Below are positions 19,679 to 29,075 of a DNA stretch of 32,000 bases, piece after piece. A program made the position numbers and the translations under genes. The notes below the pieces were generated by a model, which saw only the letters and a list, made by a program, of their open reading frames with translations, had not been told where the DNA came from and ran no database searches. This DNA comes from Raphidiopsis brookii D9 (GTDB taxonomy: Bacteria; Cyanobacteriota; Cyanobacteriia; Cyanobacteriales; Nostocaceae): assembly GCA_000175855.1 (NCBI GenBank), contig ACYB01000040.1, positions 22,454-54,453 of the forward strand. The letters are read 5' to 3'. Position 1 is the stretch's first letter. Each line of letters starts with the position of its first letter.

Positions 19679-21529
19679 CTAAATTAATGGACGAGCTGCA
19701 TCAGGTAAAAATCCACCTGCTTGCATTTTCCATAACTTATAGTAAGTGCCACCCAGTGCCATTAAATCACTATGAGAACCATCTTCAACAATGGATCCTT
19801 GATCAAATACCAAAATCCGGTCTAGATGGGAAATAGTAGATAACCGATGGGCCACCACAATCACGGTTTTATCATTCATGGCTAAATCCAGTGTTTCCTG
19901 AATTGCTTTTTCAGTAATAGAATCTAGACTGGAAGTTGCTTCATCTAAAATCAAAATTGGTGCATCCTTCAAAATAACCCGGGCGATGGCTATTCGCTGT
20001 CTTTGTCCACCAGATAATTTCACCCCACGTTCACCAACCAAAGAATAATAACCGTGGGTCATTTGAGAAATAAAATCGTGAGCATAAGCCTTGATTGTTG
20101 CCATTTTGACATCCGCATCTTCAGCATCTAAACGACCATAACGGATATTTTCTATTAAACTTCGATGGAATAAAGAAGGATCTTGAGGGATCAAACTAAT
20201 TTGTGAGTGAAGAGAATCTTGCGTCATTTGCCGAATATCTACCCCATCAATGAGAATCTTTCCGGATTGGGGGTCAAATAATCGTAAAATCAAATTAACA
20301 AAGGTCGATTTACCTGATCCAGAAAATCCTACTAATCCTACACGTTGACCTGGCTCAATTGTAACCGAAAGATTTTGAAACACCTTCTTCTCGCTTGAAT
20401 AACTAAAATTCACCTGGCAAAACTCAATGCTTCCTTGAGAAATTTGATGTGCAATTGCATTATCTTCATCAATCAATTCATGACCTTGAACAATTACATT
20501 AACTCCATTAGCTACATTGCCAATATGTTCAAAAAATTCGATAAATCTCCGACTTAAATTTCGGGCTTCACTGATAATTAATAGAGACAAACTAGTTGCT
20601 ACAACAAAATCCGCCGCCGTAATTAATCCTGAACTCCACAAAGATACAGAATAATACAAAGTAGAAATTTTTAAAATTGCAGCTGCAATAAATTGAAACC
20701 AACGAATTCTCTCCGAATACCCGTTAGCTTTCTTGACTTCTTTGAGTTCACACTTGAGTCGGTCATTCAAATAATCCCTTTCAAAACCTAATCGAGCAAA
20801 AAGCTTGGTACTACTGAGATTAGTGATTCCGTCAATAATAATACCTGTAGTTTCACTTCTTGCTGCTGATGCTCTACGAGAGTAAATTCGGCAACGAGTA
20901 GCTAACCAAAAAGAGATGCTGATGAAAAAAACTGCCCATGTCCCCACCAATGCTGCTAATGGGGGATAGGTGCGATAAAGCAAAATTGTGGATACAATAT
21001 ACACAATTATTAGAGACATAAATTCTGTAATGAGCATTTGCATTGTTTGGGTGACACCTAGGGAAGTTTCACCAATGCGGTGTCCTAATGCTCCAGCAAA
21101 ACTACTACTTAGATAACGATGGGAATGACATTGTAAATAAGCATAGAGGGAACGGACAATATGTTGTCGATGGATAGGATGAAGAACAATTTGTAATAAA
21201 CCTGCGGTTCGACCAAAAACTACCTCACCTATACTAAGAATAGTAAATAATATTAAAGGTTGTTTGATAACATTAAGTATTTCAATATTGCTAGTGTGAC
21301 TTGTTGTGACACTACGGATAATTTCACCAATAGCGTATGGCAACATAATTCCACAAGTAGCATGTAATATTTCTGATATTACCATTGCTACATACCACCA
21401 GCGAAACTGATTAACAAAATAACAAACAAATTTAAAAGGTGTATTAGGCAAATCTGGCGCATAAGGGTCACGCTGAAAAGATCGCCGATCCCTTTTTTGA
21501 GAGGACTTAGGGAAAATTAAATGCTTCAC
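19679..21529 (-). CDS. ABC transporter, fused permease and ATP-binding domains (MDR/lipid-exporter type)
   Basis: 616-aa ORF; multi-TM N-terminal half; Walker A GFSGSGKST; signature [16 protein letters not shown]; ILILDEATSSLDS. Confidence 0.92.
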   Translation of the reverse strand: MKHLIFPKSSQKRDRRSFQRDPYAPDLPNTPFKFVCYFVNQFRWWYVAMVISEILHATCGIMLPYAIGEIIRSVTTSHTSNIEILNVIKQPLILFTILSIGEVVFGRTAGLLQIVLHPIHRQHIVRSLYAYLQCHSHRYLSSSFAGALGHRIGETSLGVTQTMQMLITEFMSLIIVYIVSTILLYRTYPPLAALVGTWAVFFISISFWLATRCRIYSRRASAARSETTGIIIDGITNLSSTKLFARLGFERDYLNDRLKCELKEVKKANGYSERIRWFQFIAAAILKISTLYYSVSLWSSGLITAADFVVATSLSLLIISEARNLSRRFIEFFEHIGNVANGVNVIVQGHELIDEDNAIAHQISQGSIEFCQVNFSYSSEKKVFQNLSVTIEPGQRVGLVGFSGSGKSTFVNLILRLFDPQSGKILIDGVDIRQMTQDSLHSQISLIPQDPSLFHRSLIENIRYGRLDAEDADVKMATIKAYAHDFISQMTHGYYSLVGERGVKLSGGQRQRIAIARVILKDAPILILDEATSSLDSITEKAIQETLDLAMNDKTVIVVAHRLSTISHLDRILVFDQGSIVEDGSHSDLMALGGTYYKLWKMQAGGFLPDAARPLI

Positions 21530-21630
21530 AAGAAAATTCTCGAAAGTTAAGGAAGTTACCTAGTTTTAATAGGGTTTAATGGGGAGCGCTAGAATTGGGC
21601 TTATAAAAATCTAATTAGGTTGTTCAGAAA

Positions 21631-21652
21631 TCCCCGGTTTAAAAACCGGGGA
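21631..21652. repeat. Hairpin element TCCCCGGTTTAAAAACCGGGGA
   Basis: Perfect complementary arms TCCCCGGTTT / AAACCGGGGA between the amidohydrolase 3' end and the ABC exporter 5' end. Related copy near 2801-2827. Confidence 0.6.
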
Positions 21653-21709
21653 GAAGTCAACTTTGAGGAGTGAGTTCATGACCAATAAGTCTGTAAACTG
21701 GTTTGGTTT

Positions 21710-23257
21710 TTAAACCGAGACTAAGTTTTGCTCCACTTTTTGTACTTGGTGTGATGCAATATTATTAACCTTAGACTCGATCACCGTACCTCGGAAGAAA
21801 TCAGGATTAGCTTGAGTATAGAATTTATATGGGTTTCTGAAGACGTATGACTGGAATTCATCCTCAGAAATCACACCTTCTTGGACTAGATCCCAACTTT
21901 CCGCTAAAGGATCCGTTAAATCGGGCACATCCCAGTGACCAACATCTGAAGAGTAAATGGCATTAATTTTTACATTTAGAGGGTTGGCCCGATCATTGAA
22001 CGCAGTGGCTATAGTTCGATCATCAGATTCAGACCCAAAGAAGAAACTATTCACCCAGCGATCGCGTATGTCTTCAATAGATTCAATTCCAGCAGCGGCA
22101 AAGTCTTCCAATTCACTACCCACAGGGGAACGACTATAACGATTAAAAGAGGAACCCAAAACAGTTTGAGTTAATTCTTCTTGACTGAGAGAATATCCTT
22201 CTAATAATTCGGTTCCGAACCTGATGAATAATTCATATAACTCATGGCTATTAGTCAAGTCTGGATTGTAATTTTGCAATCCTTTGAGATTACGCTTGGA
22301 GAATCGGTCTACCAAATGAATGTAAACGTGAGATCCCCAATCTGCACCACCCTCTAACATACCCACTCTTAATTGAGGAAAACGCTTGGTAACACCACCA
22401 AAAAACAATGCCTTGGCAAATGCTTGTGAACCATCTGCAAAATGACCAATATGGTTGTTCATATAATTGCTAATGGAAGACCGACCAGTCCAACCTTGAC
22501 TACCATAGTGGGTGGTGACGGGAACTCCTAACTCAACCAACTTAGCCCAGAATGGATCGTAGTCATATTCACTATCTATGCCGTAAAAATCTATATAGGA
22601 GGCATATTTAGCAATTTCTGGGTATTCCTCTGCTGGATACTTATCGGCGATCGCCCGAATTGGTCTTTTTACTCCACCGGGAATATTTGCCACTTTTAGA
22701 CCCAAGATTTTTACTGCAAACTCTAACTCTTCAATAGCTTCCTGAGGGTTATTCATCGGGATACCAGCAACTACTGTCAAACGATCACTATATTTACGAT
22801 ATAGATCCGCATGATAGTGATTAATTGCTCGTTGCAGTGCCTGACGATCTTCATTACTTGCTCCGGTGGGTGCCAAAACATTATTAGGGAAGAGTACGGA
22901 GTAGTCCGAACCTTGCTCTGCTTGACGCTCATAAAACAGTTCTGGTAAAGTGTAAGTAGCTAGATCCAAAGTATTCCGCGTCACTCTTGCCCACCAAGGC
23001 GAACGAATAGTACGATAATATTGACGCTCTTCAGGTGTTTGCTGATACCAATCTTTCCCTCTAACTTTAGAGTTAAGACGGGAAGACTCAGCTTTTCGCA
23101 ATGCATCTACTAGTCTTGATCCACCATAGTTAGCAATATAATCTTCTAATGCAGGAGTGAAATCATTAGTATGGACATCAGTATCAATCACTGGATAATT
23201 CAGCTTGGACTTAATGACAGCTGAACGAGAACTTTTGAGTCTACTATATTCAGTCAT
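21710..23257 (-). CDS. Amidohydrolase (amidohydrolase_2 / metal-dependent hydrolase family)
   Basis: 515-aa ORF; YPVIDTDVHTNDFTPALEDY (DxHxN), PVTTHYGSQGWTG, RFPQLRVGMLEGGADWG, INAIYSSDVGHWDVPD. Confidence 0.85.
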   Translation of the reverse strand: MTEYSRLKSSRSAVIKSKLNYPVIDTDVHTNDFTPALEDYIANYGGSRLVDALRKAESSRLNSKVRGKDWYQQTPEERQYYRTIRSPWWARVTRNTLDLATYTLPELFYERQAEQGSDYSVLFPNNVLAPTGASNEDRQALQRAINHYHADLYRKYSDRLTVVAGIPMNNPQEAIEELEFAVKILGLKVANIPGGVKRPIRAIADKYPAEEYPEIAKYASYIDFYGIDSEYDYDPFWAKLVELGVPVTTHYGSQGWTGRSSISNYMNNHIGHFADGSQAFAKALFFGGVTKRFPQLRVGMLEGGADWGSHVYIHLVDRFSKRNLKGLQNYNPDLTNSHELYELFIRFGTELLEGYSLSQEELTQTVLGSSFNRYSRSPVGSELEDFAAAGIESIEDIRDRWVNSFFFGSESDDRTIATAFNDRANPLNVKINAIYSSDVGHWDVPDLTDPLAESWDLVQEGVISEDEFQSYVFRNPYKFYTQANPDFFRGTVIESKVNNIASHQVQKVEQNLVSV

Positions 23258-23403
23258 TACCTTCTCCTTAGATAAATTGAGATAAATTATGGAAGTAGTG
23301 CTAACAGAAGAGTTGACAAGTTAGTTAATAAGCTAGTTAAAATTTATAGATACTGGGTAAATCAACACTCCACAGCACTTGAAACTCGTCATTACTCATT
23401 AGA

Positions 23404-24771
23404 TCAAACATAGGCAGGAATCAACATTTGATCTTTTTTCCCAGCAAATTGATTAAGTGGCCGACCTAACCCCAGATGTTCACGAAGAGTATTACCTTCG
23501 TATTCAGTGCGGAAAAGTTCCCGCTTCTGAAGAATAGGAACAACTAAATCAACAAAATCATCTAATCCTGTAGGGAGAACAGGTGGCATAATGTTAAAAC
23601 CATCAGCTGCACCATTGTTAAACCAATCTTCCAATTGGTCTGCAATAGTTTCAGGAGTACCAATAATAGTTCGATGACCCCTAGCTGTGGCCAAAGCCAT
23701 ATAGAGTTGACGCAAAGTCAAGGTTCCGCGATTAGTCAAATCCCTAACCAATTTGAGACGACTCTTGTTATTGTTGGTCTCACTGGGCAATTCAGGAGCT
23801 ATATCATCCAGAGAATAGCCAGATAAATCTACACCCTTATAATAGGTTGCCAGAATACCCCAGGCCACGTCAGGATGAATCAAAGACTGAATAAACTCAT
23901 ACTTCTCCAAAGCTTCTTCTTCCGTTCGTCCAATAACCGGAAAAGCACCGGGCATAATTTTCAGATCCTCTGGAGAACGCCCATATTTTGCTAGTCTACC
24001 TTTTATATCAGAGTAAAACTCCTGGGCATCCCTCAAAGTTTGATTGGCAGTAAAAATTACTTCTGCAGTACGAGCAGCTAACTCCCTTCCTGCTTCTGAA
24101 GCTCCAGCTTGCACAATTACCGGATAACCCTGGGGTGGACGACCTACGTTTAATGGACCTTTGACGGAAAAATATTTGCCTTTGTGATTAAGAACATGGA
24201 GTTTATCAGGATCAAAGTAAATACCTGATTCCCTATTTCGAAGAAAAGCATCATCTTCCCAACTATCCCACAAACCTTTGACAACTTCTACAAATTCCTC
24301 CGCCCTTTCGTAACGTTCTCCGTGTTCTGGATGATACTCTAATCCAAAATTAGCTGCCGCATTTTCATTCCCAGTGGTTACTACATTCCATCCTGCTCGA
24401 CCATTACTCAAATAATCTAAGGATGCGAACTTTCGTGCTAGGTTATACGGTTCCTCGTATGTCGTAGAAGCGGTGGCAATAAAACCGATACTTTTAGTTA
24501 CGGAGGACAAGGCTGCAAATAATGTCACAGGCTCAAAATGCACCAGCTTGCCATTGCGTTTTTGAGTTTCCGGTGTGCCTCTCCAAATTCCTGGACTGTC
24601 TGCTAGGAACACAGCATCAAACAATCCACGTTCGGCAGTTTGAGTTATTTTCCGATAGTGCTGAAAATTGGATCCAGCGTCTATTTGTGCTTCTGGGTGT
24701 CGCCAAGCGGAAACATGGTGACCAGTGGCTTGAATAAATGCCCCTAAATGAAATTTACGTTTTTTACCCAT
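23404..24771 (-). CDS. LLM-class flavin-dependent monooxygenase, NtaA/SnaA/DszA family
   Basis: 455-aa ORF; KRKFHLGAFIQATGHHVSAWRHP, RGLFDAVFLADSP, STTYEEPYNLARKFASLDYLSNGRAGWNVVTTGNENAAANFG, GYPVIVQAGASEAGRELAARTAEVIFTA. Confidence 0.92.
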   Translation of the reverse strand: MGKKRKFHLGAFIQATGHHVSAWRHPEAQIDAGSNFQHYRKITQTAERGLFDAVFLADSPGIWRGTPETQKRNGKLVHFEPVTLFAALSSVTKSIGFIATASTTYEEPYNLARKFASLDYLSNGRAGWNVVTTGNENAAANFGLEYHPEHGERYERAEEFVEVVKGLWDSWEDDAFLRNRESGIYFDPDKLHVLNHKGKYFSVKGPLNVGRPPQGYPVIVQAGASEAGRELAARTAEVIFTANQTLRDAQEFYSDIKGRLAKYGRSPEDLKIMPGAFPVIGRTEEEALEKYEFIQSLIHPDVAWGILATYYKGVDLSGYSLDDIAPELPSETNNNKSRLKLVRDLTNRGTLTLRQLYMALATARGHRTIIGTPETIADQLEDWFNNGAADGFNIMPPVLPTGLDDFVDLVVPILQKRELFRTEYEGNTLREHLGLGRPLNQFAGKKDQMLIPAYV

Positions 24772-24849
24772 TTATGTAATTTGACCCAATGGAAGCACTT
24801 TACACAAAATAACTAAAAAAAGATGTACTGATGATTACTTTTTTTTGAA

Positions 24850-24866
24850 TTTCTAATTATTAGAAA
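24850..24866. promoter_or_regulatory. Palindrome TTTCTAATTATTAGAAA in divergent intergenic region
   Basis: 8-bp perfect arms around a single central base, 79 bp upstream of the ATG of the minus-strand monooxygenase (24771). Confidence 0.45.
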
Positions 24867-24971
24867 ACCTAATATTACAAATTGCTAACTAATTTTGCAA
24901 TTTGATAACTTTTTGATAAGTTTTGCTTCTCATCAAAATAACCGTTGACTTATCAGAAAAATTATGAAATA

Positions 24972-24998
24972 CTAATATTTAGACAAACTAAATATTAG
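24972..24998. promoter_or_regulatory. Perfect 11-bp inverted repeat, candidate operator upstream of the drrA-like gene
   Basis: CTAATATTTAG - ACAAA - CTAAATATTAG, ending 22 bp before the start codon at 25021. Confidence 0.55.
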
Positions 24999-25020
24999 AA
25001 AAAGGAATGGTCTCCCTATT

Positions 25021-25876
25021 GTGACTAAACTTACGGCAACGCCAATATCTCCAGTGACAGCTGAAAGAACTCCACCCTCGGTGGTGTTACAAACCCTAGA
25101 ACTGAGGCGATGTTTTGACAAATTCGTAGCAGTTGACAGCTTAAATATTTCTGTAAGCACAGGAGAGATATTTGGCTTACTTGGACCTAATGGTGCAGGC
25201 AAGAGTACTGTAATTAAAACATTAACAACCTTGTTACCTTTAACCAGTGGAAGAGCATACTTGGCAGGCTATGATGTGATTCATAGTCCTAATAGTGTTA
25301 GGAGAGCCATAGGTTATGTACCTCAAGCCTTATCAGCAGATGGCACCTTAACAGGATATGAAAATCTATTAATCTCTGCTAAAATTTACGATATTCCTTC
25401 CCGAAGGAGAAAAGACAGAATTAACCAGATGCTAGAGTTTATGGGTCTAGAGAACGTAACACATCGCCTGGTAAGAAATTATTCTGGGGGGATGATTCGG
25501 AAATTAGAAATTGCCCAAGCCATTCTCCATCAACCAAAGATTTTGTTTCTCGACGAACCAACAGTGGGCTTAGACCCTGTAGCACGTTCACAGGTTTGGC
25601 AGCTAATGCAACAATTGCGAAATGAGTGCGGGACAACTAATTTTTTTAACAACTCACTTCTTAGAAGAAGCGGATTCTCTTTGCGATCGAGTGGCAATCA
25701 TGAATCAAGGCAAGGAAATTATCACGGGTTCCCCGTCAGAGTTAAAGACCTCTATTGGCAAACCAGAGGCCAGTTTAGATGATGTATTTATTCATTATGT
25801 AGGCAATCAATTAATATCAGGAGTCAGCTACAGTGAAACTGCCAGAACTAGACATACAACACAAAGACTCGGTTAA
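25021..25876 (+). pseudogene. DrrA-type ABC transporter ATP-binding protein with apparent internal 1-nt insertion
   Basis: Split in the ORF track as 25021..25782 and 25622..25876. Walker A GPNGAGKST, YSGGMIRKLEIAQAI, LFLDEPTVGLDP; removing one A at 25639-25640 gives ECGTTIFLTTHFLEEADSLCDRVAIMNQGKEIITGSPSELK..., the canonical switch (H-loop) region. Confidence 0.85.
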
Positions 25877-26687
25877 TAGAGAATCTACTAGGTCAAATAG
25901 TATTTTATTTGACATTAAGACTCTAATTATTAAGACCTTGGTGATTAGTGAGTTAGAAGTTAGAAAAGTCCGTCATGATCCCAGTGATTTGCTTATTAGG
26001 GCAGTACAACCCGCCCTATGGCTAATTATTTTTGGACAGGTTTTCTCCCGTGCTCGTGCTATTCCTACTGGTGACATACCTTACCTAGATTTTATGACTC
26101 CTGGCATCTTAGCTCAAAGTGGGTTATTTATGGCAATTTTTACCGGTGGAATGACCTTAATTTGGGAACGTGATTTGGGTATAGTACATAAGTTTTTAGC
26201 TGCGCCCATACCCCGTGCTGCTATAGTTTTGGGTAAGGGAATAGGTTCTGGTGTGCGCTGTTGTTCTCAAGTAATAGTGATTTATCTTCTAGCTTTGTTA
26301 TTGGGTGTAAATCTAAATCACAATCCCATAGCTTTTTTGCAGGTGGTGTTAGTTGTTTTCTTGGGAGCTGGTTGTTTTTGCACTTTTTCTTTGATTATTG
26401 GCTGTTTAGTTAGGTCACGGGAAAGATTTACTGGTATTGGGCAATTAATTACCATGCCATTATTTTTTGCCAGCAATGCAATATACCCCATTTCCTTGAT
26501 GCCAAGTTGGTTACAGCTTATTTCCCACTTGAACCCGTTAACTTATCAGGTAGATGCTCTGCGGGGGGTAATGCTAGCTAATGGACTGAGTATTTATGGG
26601 TTCGCTGTAGATTGTACAATTCTCCTGTTAACATTAATAGGCTTAACCTTCATTTGTGGACGACTTTATCCACGGGTGGTCTTGTAA
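25833..26687 (+). CDS. ABC-2 type (DrrB-like) permease
   Basis: 284-aa ORF (GTG start); QPALWLIIFGQVFSRARAIPTGDIPYLDFMTPGILAQSGLFMAIFTGGMTLIWERDLGIVHKFLAAPIPRAAIVLGK, TYQVDALRGVML; overlaps the 3' end of drrA. Confidence 0.9.
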   Translation: MKLPELDIQHKDSVNRESTRSNSILFDIKTLIIKTLVISELEVRKVRHDPSDLLIRAVQPALWLIIFGQVFSRARAIPTGDIPYLDFMTPGILAQSGLFMAIFTGGMTLIWERDLGIVHKFLAAPIPRAAIVLGKGIGSGVRCCSQVIVIYLLALLLGVNLNHNPIAFLQVVLVVFLGAGCFCTFSLIIGCLVRSRERFTGIGQLITMPLFFASNAIYPISLMPSWLQLISHLNPLTYQVDALRGVMLANGLSIYGFAVDCTILLLTLIGLTFICGRLYPRVVL

Positions 26688-26706
26688 TCTGGAGAACAAC
26701 AATCTT

Positions 26707-27152
26707 ATGTCCTTGGATAAACCCTCCCGACAGTGCGCAGCTAGGGTCATGGAAACCATCCCCTATTAATGCGGTTTATCCGGACTGATATGCGAACACA
26801 CAGTGCGGATTGTTTGTCTATACCGCAACTGCGTTCACTAGCTTTTTTAAAGCGTAATCCTGGAGCTTCTCTTTCTGCTGTGGCAGATCATCTGGGTGTC
26901 ACCTGTGCCACAGCTTCAACAACTATTGAAAGACTTGTGCAACGTCATTTGGTTCAGCGATCAGATCATCCCCAAGAAAGACGACGAATAGTTTTAAATC
27001 TGACAATGGAGGGTAAGTCTTTGTTAGAGGAGTCTCAGGAAAAAACTCGCATTCATATTGCTGAAATTATTGATGGTTTAACCTCGGAAGAAATATTACA
27101 AATTGAAACAGGTTTAACTTTACTGAAAAATGTCTTTGAAACCGTAGATTAA
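26707..27152 (+). pseudogene. MarR-family transcriptional regulator with apparent 1-nt deletion near its 5' end
   Basis: The ORF track begins at ATG 26769. ATG 26707 opens MSLDKPSRQCAARVMETIP..., which joins in register to LLMRFIRTDMRTHSADCLSIPQLRSLAFLKRNPGASLSAVADHLGVT... only if one base is added in the CCCC run (26760-26763). wHTH plus QERRRIVLNLTMEG wing. Confidence 0.7.
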
Positions 27153-27239
27153 TTAATCAGGGAAATTGGCATAAAGGTTCGAGTGGTCATGCTTGGATTA
27201 AATGTTGCAATATAATGGGATGTCCCTGAAATTTATCAA

Positions 27240-27884
27240 ATGATTAGCTATCTCAAAGGTATTGTTGCTGGAGTGCAAACTGGTAGTCCCAATCGCTGGA
27301 TTCTCACTTTGGAAGTCAATGGTATTGGCTATGATGTCTACATACCACAGCGTTTGGCTAATCAGTTAACTAATAACGGTGATGTAACCCATATTTTTAC
27401 TCATTACCAAATACGAGAAGAACTACCCATACTCTATGGCTTTTCTTCTCCTGCAGAAAGAGACTTATTTCGACATCTACTTTCTGTAACTGGTATTGGT
27501 ACAGCTATGGCCATATCTCTCATAGACACTTTAGAATTACCAGAACTAGTGCAAGCAATTATCTCTGGTAATACTATTATGCTAATTCAAACCCCGGGAG
27601 TGGGTAAAAAAACTGCAGAGCGTCTGTGTTTGGAACTCAAGGGTAAATTGGTAGAATGGCGCAAGTCAGCAGGGTTTTTCGTTGCTACTGGTGGCCCACC
27701 ACCAGCTATTTTAGAAGAGGTGCAAATGACCCTTTTTGCCTTGGGTTATACTCCTCACGAAGTTAGTCATGCTCTACATGTTATCAGTGAAGATATCGGT
27801 TTGCCTAAAAATGCCTACCCCGAGGACTGGATTAAACAGGCGATCGCTCATCTTAGTAGCAATGAGACTGTGAGTAAACCTTAA
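27240..27884 (+). CDS. ruvA: Holliday junction DNA helicase RuvA
   Basis: 214-aa ORF; [85 protein letters not shown]. Confidence 0.96.
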   Translation: MISYLKGIVAGVQTGSPNRWILTLEVNGIGYDVYIPQRLANQLTNNGDVTHIFTHYQIREELPILYGFSSPAERDLFRHLLSVTGIGTAMAISLIDTLELPELVQAIISGNTIMLIQTPGVGKKTAERLCLELKGKLVEWRKSAGFFVATGGPPPAILEEVQMTLFALGYTPHEVSHALHVISEDIGLPKNAYPEDWIKQAIAHLSSNETVSKP

Positions 27885-27906
27885 CTTTCCCATATCACCT
27901 AAGCTA

Positions 27907-29072
27907 ATGAAACATAATCCTTACAATTGGATAGAAGAATCGTTAAATACTATTCATCGGGCTGACTGGTATCGTTCTGTACAAACTATTAACAGTCCCC
28001 CGGGTGCAGTTGTGATCCTATCCGGGCAAAAGATGATCAATTTTGCCAGTAATGATTATTTGGGATTAGCTGCTGATGATAATCTCAAAATGTCTGCTAT
28101 AGAAGCCATTCGTCAGTTTGGTACGGGAAGCACAGGTTCCCGATTACTCACCGGAGATCGTCAATTACACAGGGAATTAGAGCAGGCGATCGCATCTACC
28201 AAACAAACAGAAGATGCTGTGGTATTTAGTTCGGGTTATTTAGCTAATGTGGGGACAATTACTGCATTGGTAGGGAAAAGAGATATCATATTTTCCGATC
28301 AGTACAATCATTCCAGTTTAAAAAGTGGAGGGATTTTGAGTGGGGGAACCGTGATAGAATATCCCCACTGTGACATGATAGTTTTAGAAAAGAAATTAAA
28401 GGAGGAGCGACAAAAATACCGTCGTTGTTTAATAGTCACAGATAGTGTGTTTAGTATGGATGGGGATTTATGTCCCTTACCGAACCTGTTAGATTTAGCT
28501 GAGGAATTCAACAGTATGTTACTGATAGACGAGGCACATGCGACTGGGGTGATGGGTAAAAGTGGCGCTGGGTGTGTAGAGCATTTTAATTGTACAGGTA
28601 GGGAATTAATTCAAATTGGCACATTAAGTAAAGCCCTGGGGAGTTTAGGAGGTTATGCTACGGGGAGTAGCGCATTAATTGACTTTCTCAGAAATCGCGC
28701 ACCCAGTTGGATTTATAGTACAGCTCTGTCACCAGCAGACACTGCTGCTGCACTTGCGGGAATAAATGTAGTGCAAAAAGAACCAGAACGAAGAAAAAGA
28801 TTATGGGAGAATGTTAATTATTTACAAAAAGTGGTGAAAGAGAACCTAGGGAAACTAAAAATATTACCAACCCAGTCCCCATATTATGTTTTGAGCTACC
28901 TGATGCTGCAACAGCATTGCAGGTGGGAAAATACCTAAGAGAAGAAGGTATTTTTGCTCCAGCTATTCGTCCTCCCACCGTTCCCACAAGTCGGATCAGA
29001 ATTACAATAATGGCAACCCATAACAGGGAGCATATTGATAAGCTAGTGGATAGTTTGCAACGGATATCCTAA
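27907..29072 (+). pseudogene. bioF: 8-amino-7-oxononanoate synthase (BioF) with apparent 1-nt deletion near the 3' end
   Basis: ORF listed to 28938. Adding one C to CCCC at 28877-28880 converts [16 protein letters not shown] to [66 protein letters not shown] (stop 29070-29072), the expected BioF C-terminus. Confidence 0.88.
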
Positions 29073-29075
29073 CTG

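Noticed and set aside
25600-25700. Programmed ribosomal frameshift as the explanation for the split drrA
   Set aside because: Not favoured: four other genes here show similar single-base breaks, so indel error or mutation is the simpler explanation.
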